55,870 nt of DNA from assembly GCA_016937995.1 (NCBI GenBank), contig JAFGVM010000005.1:1-55870 (forward strand), in the 5' to 3' direction. Every line of letters begins with the position of its first letter. The first letter of the stretch is position 1. This document shows positions 40,367-50,094 of this stretch, piece by piece. A program made the translations under genes and the position numbers. This DNA is from Candidatus Delongbacteria bacterium (GTDB lineage Bacteria > UBA4055). The notes under the pieces were generated by a model, which was given only the letters and a program-made list of their open reading frames with translations, did no database searches and was not told where the DNA came from.

Positions 40367-41195
40367 ATATGCAGATCTTCATATTCATTCAACACATTCT
40401 GACGGTTTGTTGACTGTAAAAGAGATCTTTGAGTATGCGAATAAAAGAAAATTAAAAGCAATAAGCATTACAGACCATGATTCAATTAGCGCTAATTTAG
40501 ATGCGGAGCAGTATTCTGATAAATTTAAAATTGAGTTCATTAAGGGAATTGAACTCTCTTCAGAATACAACAATATGGACATACACTTACTGGGCTATTT
40601 TTTTGATCACAGAAATAAAAAGCTTAATCAATATATTAAAAAATTCAAAGAAGTCAGGGTTGACAGGGCAAAAAAAATAGTAAAACTTCTACAAAAGGAT
40701 AAGATCGATATAACTTTTAAGGAAGTTGAGGAGATCTCAGATAACGGTGCGATCGCAAGACCACATTTAGCACATCTGTTGGTTAAAAAAAAATATGCAT
40801 ATAATTTCCATGATGCATTTAGCAGATATTTAAATGAAAATTCAAAATATTATGTAAAAAAATTTAAAATAAGTATTCCTGATGCAGTAAATCTAATTCA
40901 TGAAGCTGGTGGTCTTGTTTTTGCTGCTCATCCTCTGTATTTAAGAGATCATCCTGAAATGATCGATATTCTGATCGAATCGGGTATAGATGGTTTAGAA
41001 ACGATACATTCTTCCTATGATGAGGACTTTGAAAGGAAGATCAATGACCTTGCAGATCTTCATAAATTATTAAAATCAGGTGGGAGTGATTGTCACGGTG
41101 GAAGAAAATATGGAAAACTCATACTCGGAAAATTCAAAATTACTTACGATAGAATTGAAAAAATGAAGTATGCTTTAAAAAAAATTAAATCGTAG
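40359..41195 (+). CDS. PHP domain phosphoesterase (TrpH/YciV-like)
   Basis: DLHIHS..SDG, ITDHD, HLLGY, RPHLA, AHP, GGSDCHG. Confidence 0.92.
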   Translation: MTKYADLHIHSTHSDGLLTVKEIFEYANKRKLKAISITDHDSISANLDAEQYSDKFKIEFIKGIELSSEYNNMDIHLLGYFFDHRNKKLNQYIKKFKEVRVDRAKKIVKLLQKDKIDITFKEVEEISDNGAIARPHLAHLLVKKKYAYNFHDAFSRYLNENSKYYVKKFKISIPDAVNLIHEAGGLVFAAHPLYLRDHPEMIDILIESGIDGLETIHSSYDEDFERKINDLADLHKLLKSGGSDCHGGRKYGKLILGKFKITYDRIEKMKYALKKIKS

Positions 41196-41256
41196 AGGAT
41201 GCAGGTATGCATCCCAGAAGTGATGTATAAGAGGAACGCATTCCTGCGTTCCGTAT
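41192..41256. repeat. inverted GTAG-REP doublet
   Basis: GTAGAGGATGCAGGTATGCATCC (+) and ATACGGAACGCAGGAATGCGTTCCTC (-); the second matches the 19893 copy. Confidence 0.75.
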
Positions 41257-41287
41257 GAATGTTAATGATTTAGGAAGGGTGTTAGAA

Positions 41288-42289
41288 ATGAAAATTGCAG
41301 TTCTAGGAGCAGGGGCCTGGGGTCTGGCCATAGCTGATGTTGTTGCAAAAAAAGACTTTGATGTTTCAGTGTGGGAATTTGATAAAAAAATATGCGACGA
41401 ACTTAATAAAAAGCGTTCAGTTGAGGATAAACTACCAGGTTATATAATACCAAAAAAAGTTATAATCACTAACGATATAGTAAGAACAGTTGAAGAATCT
41501 CAGATCATAATAAATGCAGTTCCAACACAATTTATTAGGAGCTATTTTGACAGGATCAGAGACATAGATTTTACCGAAAAAATAATTGTTAATGTTTCCA
41601 AGGGTATAGAAGTTTCAACTGGGAAAGATATCCGTCAAATGTTCATAACAGAATTCAAAACTATAACAGATGAGAATTTTGTAATTCTTGCAGGACCGTC
41701 ATTTGCAAAAGAGGTGGCTGTTGATTCAACCCCGACAGCTATGGTAAGTGCAAGTAAAAATCTGGAAGCTGCAGATTTGATCAGAGATGTATTCTCTTCA
41801 CCGTATTTTAGAGTGTATTCCAATGACGATGTTATAGGTGTTGAGATCGGAGGAAGTATTAAGAATATCATGGCCATTTCTGCCGGAATGATCGATGGAC
41901 TGGGCCTTGGGAATAATACGAAAGCAGCTTTATTGACCAGGGGATTAGCTGAAATGGTGAGATTCGGGATGGCTGAAGGAGCCAAAAGAGAAACATTTTC
42001 AGGCCTTTCTGGAATAGGTGATCTAATACTCACTTGTAATTCAAGTTTATCGAGAAACTGGCAGGTGGGCAACAGACTTGCCAAGGGAGAAACACTTGAG
42101 CATATATTAAGTACAATGAACATGGTGGCAGAAGGTGTTGAAACAACAAGGATCGTGTACAAATTGGCAAATGATAAAAATATTGAAATGCCGATAGTTA
42201 ACAGTGTATTTAAAATACTGTTTGAAGGTCTTGAACCAAAAAAAGGTTTATCCGAATTAATGACCAGAGAGAACAAGAAAGAGGATTAG
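41288..42289 (+). CDS. gpsA: NAD(P)H-dependent glycerol-3-phosphate dehydrogenase
   Basis: GAGAWG, SKGIE, GPSFA.EV, KNI.AI, G.GDLILTC.S..SRN. Confidence 0.96.
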   Translation: MKIAVLGAGAWGLAIADVVAKKDFDVSVWEFDKKICDELNKKRSVEDKLPGYIIPKKVIITNDIVRTVEESQIIINAVPTQFIRSYFDRIRDIDFTEKIIVNVSKGIEVSTGKDIRQMFITEFKTITDENFVILAGPSFAKEVAVDSTPTAMVSASKNLEAADLIRDVFSSPYFRVYSNDDVIGVEIGGSIKNIMAISAGMIDGLGLGNNTKAALLTRGLAEMVRFGMAEGAKRETFSGLSGIGDLILTCNSSLSRNWQVGNRLAKGETLEHILSTMNMVAEGVETTRIVYKLANDKNIEMPIVNSVFKILFEGLEPKKGLSELMTRENKKED

Positions 42290-42382
42290 GTAAGTTAAAA
42301 GTGACCAGTGATCAGTGTCCTGCGGTATGTTTACATGGTGGATCGAAATCACAATGTCAGTTAAATAAACAGGTACGAATTT

Positions 42383-43258
42383 ATGAAAAAATACAAGCTC
42401 TTAATACCGATCATCATCTTATGGAGTTCAATTATGATTGCAGAAACAAAGAGTTTTAAACTCTACAATTCAAGTTTGGACAGCGTTGATTATAGCACAA
42501 TGATCTGTGATCTAGCTGATTGTGATGTTTTATTCTTTGGAGAACTTCATAATAGTATTGAAGCTCATGATCTTGAACTGAAGATCACAAGGGATCTTTT
42601 TGAAAAGAGAGATGGTAAATTAACCCTCGGGGCAGAGATGTTCGAGACAGACAATCAGCTTACTATTGACGAATATTTCAGCGATTTTTATAAAGCCGAT
42701 AAATTTGAATCTGATGTTCGATTATGGCCAAATTATAAGACAGATTATAAACCTTTAGTTGAATTCGCCAAAGAAAACAGCCTAAGGTTCATAGCAACAA
42801 ATATACCTAGGAGATATGCCTCAATGGTATTTTACGGGGGATTTGAAGCTCTTGCTAAGTTGTCTGAAAGAGCAAAAGAGTATGTTGTTCCAGATCCGGT
42901 GGAATTCGATCCTGAACTTTCATGTTATAAAAAAATGTCTCAAATGAGCATGCCTTCAATGGGGCACGGTACTGATAAAAAGTATTTCGCTCAGGCACAG
43001 GCAATTAAGGATGCTACTATGGGTTATTTTATAGCTGAAAATATTGAAAAAGAAAAAATGTTCATTCATTACAACGGTAGTTTTCATTCAGACGATCATG
43101 TTGGAATAATCTGGTATTTAAATAAATACAAACCCGGTTTGAAGATCAAGACCATTACTACTATTTTAGAGAAAGATATAAACACGCCTGATATAGTCAA
43201 TGCAGGTAAGGCGGACTATATATTAGTTGTAGACGAAAACGCAAAAACCAGTTATTAA
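42383..43258 (+). CDS. ChaN family (EreA/ChaN-like) exported protein
   Basis: DVLFFGELH, GAEMFE.D.Q, Y.PLVEFAK, ATNIPR, AQA.KDATM, NG.FHS. Confidence 0.8.
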   Translation: MKKYKLLIPIIILWSSIMIAETKSFKLYNSSLDSVDYSTMICDLADCDVLFFGELHNSIEAHDLELKITRDLFEKRDGKLTLGAEMFETDNQLTIDEYFSDFYKADKFESDVRLWPNYKTDYKPLVEFAKENSLRFIATNIPRRYASMVFYGGFEALAKLSERAKEYVVPDPVEFDPELSCYKKMSQMSMPSMGHGTDKKYFAQAQAIKDATMGYFIAENIEKEKMFIHYNGSFHSDDHVGIIWYLNKYKPGLKIKTITTILEKDINTPDIVNAGKADYILVVDENAKTSY

Positions 43259-43278
43259 ATATAGTTGAGATTTATAAA

Positions 43279-44007
43279 TTGAAAATTGAGAATTCAGGTA
43301 AATTATATATTGTTTCAACTCCGATAGGTAATCTGGGGGATATGACATTCAGAGCAGTGGAAACCTTAAAGAACTGTGATCTGATTGCCTGTGAGGATAC
43401 AAGGCGTACAGGTCTGTTGCTGAAAGAATTTGATATAGATACAAACCTTACAAGTTATCACGATCACAATAAGAACTACAGATCAGATCAGATCCTCCAG
43501 AAAATTCTCAACGGTCAGAATATCGCTATTGTTTCTGATGCCGGGACACCATGTATTTCAGATCCCGGTTTTGTTATAGTAAGAGCAGCGAGAGAGCAAA
43601 ACATAGAAGTCATTGGAGTTCCCGGAGCAACTGCTGCAATAAATGCCTTAGCAGTTTCGGGTATGCCGACAGACAGATTTGTATTTGAAGGTTTCTTACC
43701 CCACAAAAAAGGAAGAAGGTCCAGACTGGATGCAATAAAAGATGAGGAAAGAACGTTAATACTATATGAATCAGTTCATAGGATAGTTAAAACTGTTGAA
43801 GAGTTAAAGCTCTATTTCAATGATAGAAAAGTGGCTGTTCTCAGAGAAATGACAAAGACATATGAAGAATTTATCTCAGGTACTTTTGATGAGGTAATAT
43901 CACATTTTAATGAAAGTGATCCTAAAGGAGAGTTCGTTATAGTCATTGAAGCCAGAAGATCAGAGAAAAAAGTTAAGATCAATAAATATAAAAGCAGTGA
44001 CCATTGA
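43279..44007 (+). CDS. rsmI: 16S rRNA (cytidine1402-2'-O)-methyltransferase
   Basis: STPIGNL.D.T.RA, CEDTR, VSDAGTP.ISDPG, FEGFLP, YES.HR, RE.TK..EE, KGEFV. Confidence 0.95.
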   Translation: MKIENSGKLYIVSTPIGNLGDMTFRAVETLKNCDLIACEDTRRTGLLLKEFDIDTNLTSYHDHNKNYRSDQILQKILNGQNIAIVSDAGTPCISDPGFVIVRAAREQNIEVIGVPGATAAINALAVSGMPTDRFVFEGFLPHKKGRRSRLDAIKDEERTLILYESVHRIVKTVEELKLYFNDRKVAVLREMTKTYEEFISGTFDEVISHFNESDPKGEFVIVIEARRSEKKVKINKYKSSDH

Positions 44008-44064
44008 GAGATAGATCTGAATTCTAACTTTTAATTGTTAAATTTTAAATAAATGGAGATCACC

Positions 44065-45558
44065 ATGAAAAAGATCGTCACAGTATTTATTATCAGTCTG
44101 ATTCTCTCAATACAGGCTGATGTGTCTAAAATGGCGGTATTGAATTTTTCTATCAACAACAGTACCGAGGATATGAACTATCTTTCGAACGGTATTAGTG
44201 ATATTCTGATCACAAATCTGGCGGAAAAGAATAACATAACTATAATCGAGAGAGAAAAAATACAAAACCTGATCGAAGAGTTGAATTTTAAGAATAGCGG
44301 TCTTGTTACAGAGAAAGAACAATCAAAGATCGGAAAACTTTCAGGTGCAAAATACATATTGACAGGAAGTATTACATTTGTTAATTCAGCTTACAGAATG
44401 GTCAGTAAAGTTCTTGATGTGGAAACCGGTGACGTGATCTCAACTCAGTCAGTGAAAGGAAAAGGGAAGGATAATATTTTTGATTCTGCGGATGAACTTT
44501 CAAGTAAGGTTTATTCTGATATCCTGGGAGCAACAAATTTACCGGGTTCAGGACCTGAGCTTGAAGTTGCTTTCATCATTGATACTACAGGTAGTATGGG
44601 AGATGAGATCAACGTTGTTAAAGAAAAAATAATCATTATGATCGATGAAATACTCCAGGGTGTACCTAAACCTGTTGTAAAATTCGCAGTTGTTGATTAT
44701 AAGGACAGGTCTGATCCTTATGTCACAAAGATCTATGATTTTAAATCTGATATCAAAGCTATCAAAGATGATATTAACAGGCTTTCTGCTTCCGGTGGTG
44801 GTGATTTTCCCGAATCAGTTAAAGAAGCTCTTTTTATGGGTGTAAATAAGCTTAACTGGTCGAAGGACAATACAAAAGTAGGTAAATTATGTTTCCTGAT
44901 AGGAGATGCTGAACCTCATATGGATTATAAGGACGATTATAAATTAAATGATATTGTTAAACATGCCAAGGACTTTTCATTGTCTATAAGCAGTATATCC
45001 TGCTCTGGTAACAGCAGTAAAGGGGTAGAGTATTTTCAGGATATTGCTAATCAGACAAACGGTACGTTCTCTTACTTAACTTACACACAAAATGTTACTG
45101 ACGATAAGGGAGAGGAATACGTGGTCGTTACAGAGGGTGATCACGAAGTTGTTCTCGACGAAATGATAGTTGAAAGTGCTGAAGGAGAAAGAGTATCATC
45201 TTCATTTAAGTTTATGGAAGACAGAGCAAAGAAAAAAGCAGACAGAGCTAGAAATGAGGATAAAACTGTTGAACAGGCAAAAGAGGATGCGGATGATTTT
45301 ATGGCTACAGCACCTTCTGTTTCCGAAGAAAAAGCCCGTAAAATTAAATCTTCAAGTACCAACAAGGGTGAAAAGAAAAACAATCTTGATAAGATCATGA
45401 GTGAGCAGATAAAGGTTCTGGCAGAAAAACAGGGGATCAAGTACGATAAACCTAAACCAAAGAAAATTAAAGATAAAGAGATCAGCAAAGAAGAAATTAA
45501 AAAAGAGGAAGTAAAAAAAGATTCAGTGAAGAAAGAAGTGAAAATATTAAAGAGATAG
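44065..45558 (+). CDS. exported protein: CsgG/FlgO-like N-terminal domain, VWA domain and K/E-rich tail
   Basis: signal peptide; AVLNF...IIERE.I..L.EE...IGKLSGAKYILTGS; MIDAS DTTGSM, GGGDFPE, IGDAEPH. Confidence 0.8.
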   Translation: MKKIVTVFIISLILSIQADVSKMAVLNFSINNSTEDMNYLSNGISDILITNLAEKNNITIIEREKIQNLIEELNFKNSGLVTEKEQSKIGKLSGAKYILTGSITFVNSAYRMVSKVLDVETGDVISTQSVKGKGKDNIFDSADELSSKVYSDILGATNLPGSGPELEVAFIIDTTGSMGDEINVVKEKIIIMIDEILQGVPKPVVKFAVVDYKDRSDPYVTKIYDFKSDIKAIKDDINRLSASGGGDFPESVKEALFMGVNKLNWSKDNTKVGKLCFLIGDAEPHMDYKDDYKLNDIVKHAKDFSLSISSISCSGNSSKGVEYFQDIANQTNGTFSYLTYTQNVTDDKGEEYVVVTEGDHEVVLDEMIVESAEGERVSSSFKFMEDRAKKKADRARNEDKTVEQAKEDADDFMATAPSVSEEKARKIKSSSTNKGEKKNNLDKIMSEQIKVLAEKQGIKYDKPKPKKIKDKEISKEEIKKEEVKKDSVKKEVKILKR

Positions 45559-45674
45559 AAGAAAATAAAGCAGTGAAAGAAGTAGAAAAAGAACTTAATG
45601 ATTTACCGAGAGTCAATGGAAAATCACGATAGTATTTGGATGTTTCTATGCATTCACAAAATTGAATTAAATAA

Positions 45675-45706
45675 AGATTTCCAAGGATTGAAATCCTCGC
45701 AATGAC
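45675..45706 (-). repeat. TGTCAT-family palindrome
   Basis: AGATTTCCAAGGATTGAAATCCTCGCAATGAC; shares TCCTCGCAATGAC with the copy at 35949 and the reverse complement of 52389. Confidence 0.7.
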
Positions 45707-45721
45707 TGATAAAAGGTAAAA

Positions 45722-46396
45722 ATGAATAAAGGTAAATTATATATTGTGGCAATCCCGATAGGGAATAAGGCAGATTTAAGTGAAAGAGCATTGGAAACAT
45801 TAAAAAGTGTTGATGTTATTATAACAGAAGAATCGTCAGCAACTAACAGTTTATTCAGAACACATAAGTTTAGAAAAGAAATTTTTGTCTTCAATGAGCA
45901 TAATGAGGAGAAAGATGCTGACTATGTTACAGAATTTATGCTTAAAGGAGAAAACTGTGCCTTGATCTCCGATTGCGGAACACCTGTTTTTGCTGATCCG
46001 GGTAAAATATTGCTGCAGAAGTGTTATGCAAAGAAAATTACTGTAGTTCCTGTTCCGGGACCATCAGCTTTAATGACCTTGCTTTCACTTTCACCGATCG
46101 ATATCAGGAAATTCCTGTTCGCAGGATTTATTCAAAAAACAAAAAACGAAAGGGTCGATGAATTAAAAAAATTGAAAATGCTCCGTATTCCTGTTGTACT
46201 TATGGACACTCCATACAGAATACTTGATCTGATGGAAGATGTTGCGGATATTTTCAATGATAAGAAGACATTATTCATCTATAAAGCTACTCAGCCTGAA
46301 GAAACTGTTATGTATGATACCTCGGTCAAGATCTATCAATATTGTAAAAAACATGAACTTAAAGGTGAATTTATGATCTTAGTGGAGAATAACTGA
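45722..46396 (+). CDS. second RsmI-like SAM-dependent (tetrapyrrole-methylase fold) methyltransferase
   Basis: PIGN..D.S.RA, ISDCGTP.FADPG, PGPSA, KGEF; diverged at EDTR (EES) and YES (MDT). Confidence 0.8.
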   Translation: MNKGKLYIVAIPIGNKADLSERALETLKSVDVIITEESSATNSLFRTHKFRKEIFVFNEHNEEKDADYVTEFMLKGENCALISDCGTPVFADPGKILLQKCYAKKITVVPVPGPSALMTLLSLSPIDIRKFLFAGFIQKTKNERVDELKKLKMLRIPVVLMDTPYRILDLMEDVADIFNDKKTLFIYKATQPEETVMYDTSVKIYQYCKKHELKGEFMILVENN

Positions 46397-47244
46397 TGAA
46401 GAACTGTACTGAAGAGTTATTAAAGTTGATAAAAAAAATCACTAAAGTATATTCAGAGAGGGAGGAAATAAAAGCAATAGCTGTTACCGGATCAGTAAGC
46501 AGGGGAAATGCCACTGAATACTCTGATACAGATATCGTTCTGATCTATAACAAATTGCCACCGGATGATTTCTTCACTGAAGCATTTAAGATCAACCGTG
46601 GTGAGAACAGAGAGATTTTCGGTAAGGATGAGGATGGTATGGCGGAGCAATATTACGTAGACGGAGTGGAATATCAATTTGCTCACGGTCTTCCCAAATA
46701 TTATGATGAGACATTTGATAAATTGTTAAATGAATATTCCATTGATCCAACTCATCAGCATATAGCTGATTCGTTCGGAGATATTCTGCCGATTTACGGG
46801 GAGGAGTATATAAATAGCCTGAAGAGCAGGTTGAAAGATTTTCCAGAGGAACTTCAGATAAAACTGGTTGAAAGATATCTCAGATTCGGTCCGTTCGATG
46901 AACTTAAATACAGGTTTCAAAAGAAAGAAAACATAATATGGACCACTGACGTATTAAGTATTTATGTTAAAAGGATAATAGCTACACTTCTTGGGGTCAA
47001 TAAAAAATTTATTCCATACGATTTTAGGAAAATTGAAAGAGTTATTGATGGTCTTGAGCACAAACCTGATGATCTTTACAACAGAATTCATAGATTATTT
47101 GAATTTCCCAGAATAAATGCTCTCGATGATCTGTATAAGTTAAAGATGGAAACTATCGAGATAGTTGAAAAAAATCTACCTCGATTTGATACAGCAAAGG
47201 TAAGAAATGAATTAGTGAGATCACAAAGTTATTTGAACATATAA
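46396..47244 (+). CDS. nucleotidyltransferase domain protein (pol-beta superfamily)
   Basis: TGSVSRG.A..YSD.D motif plus helical C-terminal domain. Confidence 0.75.
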   Translation: MKNCTEELLKLIKKITKVYSEREEIKAIAVTGSVSRGNATEYSDTDIVLIYNKLPPDDFFTEAFKINRGENREIFGKDEDGMAEQYYVDGVEYQFAHGLPKYYDETFDKLLNEYSIDPTHQHIADSFGDILPIYGEEYINSLKSRLKDFPEELQIKLVERYLRFGPFDELKYRFQKKENIIWTTDVLSIYVKRIIATLLGVNKKFIPYDFRKIERVIDGLEHKPDDLYNRIHRLFEFPRINALDDLYKLKMETIEIVEKNLPRFDTAKVRNELVRSQSYLNI

Positions 47245-47263
47245 TTTTACAAAGGAGTTGTTT

Positions 47264-47830
47264 ATGCTGAAGGATTTAATCAAAGCTAACCGTAGTTATA
47301 GAAGATTTTATCAGGAAGAAAAGATATCTGAAGATACTCTCAGGGAGCTTGTTGACCTTGCAAGATTATCAGCTACCGGAGCAAACAGACAACCTTTAAA
47401 ATTTATTTTATCCACTGAAAATAATAAAAATGCAAAAGTATTCGAATGCTTGAAATGGGCGGGATATCTTACAGAATGGTCAGGTCCAGAAGAAGGAGAG
47501 AGACCTGCAGGATATATCGTTATTTTAGAAGATAAGAACATCGGTCTCGTCGGAGGTGTGGATCATGGTATTGCAGCTCAGAGCATTCTTCTTGGAGCTA
47601 CAGAGAAAGGTCTTGGTGGATGTATGTTCGGAGCAATTGACAAACCTAAACTAAAGGAAAATCTTAACATAGCTGCCGACTTTGAAATATTGCTTGTAAT
47701 TGCCCTTGGAAAACCAAAGGAGATCGTATCTATTGATCCGGTCAAAGATGGAAATATTAAGTATTGGAGAGATGATGAACAGGTTCATCATGTGCCTAAA
47801 CGGGAATTAGAAGACTTAATCATAAATTAA
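47264..47830 (+). CDS. nitroreductase family protein
   Basis: RSYRRF, S.TGANRQP, DHGIAAQ..LLGA.E.GLGGC, HHVPKR; SD AAGGAG. Confidence 0.9.
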   Translation: MLKDLIKANRSYRRFYQEEKISEDTLRELVDLARLSATGANRQPLKFILSTENNKNAKVFECLKWAGYLTEWSGPEEGERPAGYIVILEDKNIGLVGGVDHGIAAQSILLGATEKGLGGCMFGAIDKPKLKENLNIAADFEILLVIALGKPKEIVSIDPVKDGNIKYWRDDEQVHHVPKRELEDLIIN

Positions 47831-47839
47831 GGACAAATC

Positions 47840-48406
47840 ATGAATGAAGTTTTAAAATGTATCAGAGAACGTAGAAGTTGCAGAAGTTTTAAGTCTGAGC
47901 AGATAAAAGATGATGAATTGCAAGCGATCATAGATGCAGGTCTATGGGCACCAAGCGGTAATAACAAACAACCGTGGTTCTTTACAGTTGTGAAGAATAA
48001 ATCAATAATAGAAACTATTAATGAGTACTCGAAAGAAAACGCAAAAAAGTATTTAACTGATCCGAAAAGATTAGCTTTAGCGAGCAATAAGGATTTTGAT
48101 CTTTTTTATAATGCACCTCTGCTTATCATTATTTCAGGTGAACCTAAAAGTGGTACAATGATGGCTGATTGTTCAGCTGCGATTCAAAATATGCTACTGG
48201 CTGCTGAGTCAATGAATATCGGATCTCTGTGGAACGGAATTATTAAAAGGTTCTGGTTCGATACCGAGGGTGTTGCTGATTTTATAAAGAAATGTGATAT
48301 TCCTGAGGGTTATCAACCTCTCTATGCTGTGGCATTCGGCTACAAAGCTAAAGATAATGCTGATGGACCTCCGAGACGTGAGGGACTTGTTAAAATTTAT
48401 GAATAG
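47840..48406 (+). CDS. nitroreductase family protein
   Basis: RRS.RSF, APSG.N.QPW, DCSAAIQNMLLAA.S..IGS.W. Confidence 0.9.
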   Translation: MNEVLKCIRERRSCRSFKSEQIKDDELQAIIDAGLWAPSGNNKQPWFFTVVKNKSIIETINEYSKENAKKYLTDPKRLALASNKDFDLFYNAPLLIIISGEPKSGTMMADCSAAIQNMLLAAESMNIGSLWNGIIKRFWFDTEGVADFIKKCDIPEGYQPLYAVAFGYKAKDNADGPPRREGLVKIYE

Positions 48407-48417
48407 AACAGGTTTAA

Positions 48418-49440
48418 ATGAAAACTATTGCTTTGAACACAGATTTTAGCAGTTCTACGATATACATCGGTCAAAAATTTGAAGATTTTACAGATCATGT
48501 AGACCCGAGTAGAGTTGTTGTTGTTACCGATGAAAATGTATATAAGATATATGAAAATAAATTCAAAGATCTGAGAACTATTGTAATTGGCACTGGAGAG
48601 GGTATCAAATCTATCAGGACGGTAGAATACATTATAAAAAAACTGATAGAGTTCAATGCTGACAGGAATACATTTTTGCTTGGTGCCGGAGGTGGAGTTG
48701 TAACTGATATAACTGGATTTGCTGCTTCAATATTTCTAAGAGGAATAGATTTTGGATTTGTATCAACTACATTACTCAGTCAGGTAGATGCCGGTGTTGG
48801 TGGAAAAAACGGTGTTAATTTTGCAGGTCTAAAAAATATTGTTGGTTTATTCAATCAACCTCAATTTGTTATTTGTGATATTTCAATGCTTAAAACTTTG
48901 CCTGAAAGAGAGATCCGTTCAGGGATTGGTGAAATAATTAAGCATGGGATCATTGGTGATCCATCTATACTCGATATTTTGGAGAATGAGTATGAGAAGA
49001 TAAACAAAACGGATCTGATGGTATTGGAAAATTTGATAGGTAAATCTGTAAGTGTTAAAGTTAAGATAGTCACTGAGGATGAACACGAATCAGGTGTAAG
49101 GAAAGTACTGAATTTTGGACACACAGTCGGTCATGCTATCGAGCTGTCCTGTGATATTACTCACGGAGAGGCGATAAGTATCGGAATGCTGATATCTTTA
49201 GGAATTTCGGTTAAAAAGTCTTATATTGAATTAAACCTTTTTAAAAAGATCGAAGAACTTATAAAGAAATATGAATTACCTACGGTTTCGCCTTTGGATA
49301 TTGTAAATGTTATTGATCTGATTAAGTATGATAAAAAAAGTGAGCAGGATCATTTAAATTATATTTTAATGAAAGGTATTGGAAATCCTGTGATTGAGAA
49401 GATAGGTATTAGTAAGTTGAAAAACATGATCTTATCTTAA
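48418..49440 (+). CDS. aroB: 3-dehydroquinate synthase
   Basis: GGGVV.D..GF, TTLLSQVDA.VGGKNG, LNFGHT.GHAIE, HGEA. Confidence 0.95.
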   Translation: MKTIALNTDFSSSTIYIGQKFEDFTDHVDPSRVVVVTDENVYKIYENKFKDLRTIVIGTGEGIKSIRTVEYIIKKLIEFNADRNTFLLGAGGGVVTDITGFAASIFLRGIDFGFVSTTLLSQVDAGVGGKNGVNFAGLKNIVGLFNQPQFVICDISMLKTLPEREIRSGIGEIIKHGIIGDPSILDILENEYEKINKTDLMVLENLIGKSVSVKVKIVTEDEHESGVRKVLNFGHTVGHAIELSCDITHGEAISIGMLISLGISVKKSYIELNLFKKIEELIKKYELPTVSPLDIVNVIDLIKYDKKSEQDHLNYILMKGIGNPVIEKIGISKLKNMILS

Positions 49441-49458
49441 TAAAGCGAGGGAAATGTT

Positions 49459-50094
49459 ATGATATGTCTAAGTGTAGGTAAAGCTAAAGTTAATGAGTGT
49501 CTGGAGATAATAAAGGGGTCTGAAATAGCAGAGATCAGGCTTGATCTAAATATTTACACAGATGAAGAGCTTGAACTTATATTTTCTTCACATAATAATC
49601 TGATCGCTACCTGTCGTGAAGGTAAGTACAATCTTGATGAAAGAAAGTTGTTGCTAAGTAAAGCAATAAAATTTGGTGCAAAATATCTGGATATAGAGCT
49701 GGTTTGCGAATATACTATGAGAAGTTTTCTGGTAAACCTGGCAAAGATGTCAAATTGTGAAGTTATAATATCGTATCATAATTATGAAAAGTGCCCGACC
49801 AGAGATCACATGAAAGATATTGTCAAAAGATGTTTTGACGGTCATGCTGACATTGCAAAAATAGTGTGTAAAGTAAATTCAATAGATGATAATATAAATA
49901 TCCTTTCACTTTATGAGCTTGAGAAAAATATCCTGGCATTTGGAATGGGTAAGTTAGGCAGGATCACAAGGATCGCTGCACCATATTTGGGTGCTCCATT
50001 CACATATGCATTTCCAAAAGATATGAAACGGACTGCAGAAGGTCAATTCAGCGTAGATAAATTACAAAATATTATCAACTTGATCGATGACTAA
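49459..50094 (+). CDS. aroD: type I 3-dehydroquinate dehydratase
   Basis: EIRLD, ATCR, ISYHNY, DIAKI, MG..G...R, TAEGQ. Confidence 0.9.
   Translation: MICLSVGKAKVNECLEIIKGSEIAEIRLDLNIYTDEELELIFSSHNNLIATCREGKYNLDERKLLLSKAIKFGAKYLDIELVCEYTMRSFLVNLAKMSNCEVIISYHNYEKCPTRDHMKDIVKRCFDGHADIAKIVCKVNSIDDNINILSLYELEKNILAFGMGKLGRITRIAAPYLGAPFTYAFPKDMKRTAEGQFSVDKLQNIINLIDD

Noticed and set aside
46396-47244. MNT-HEPN toxin-antitoxin or CBASS-type nucleotidyltransferase
   Set aside because: No adjacent HEPN or effector gene; the neighbours are housekeeping enzymes
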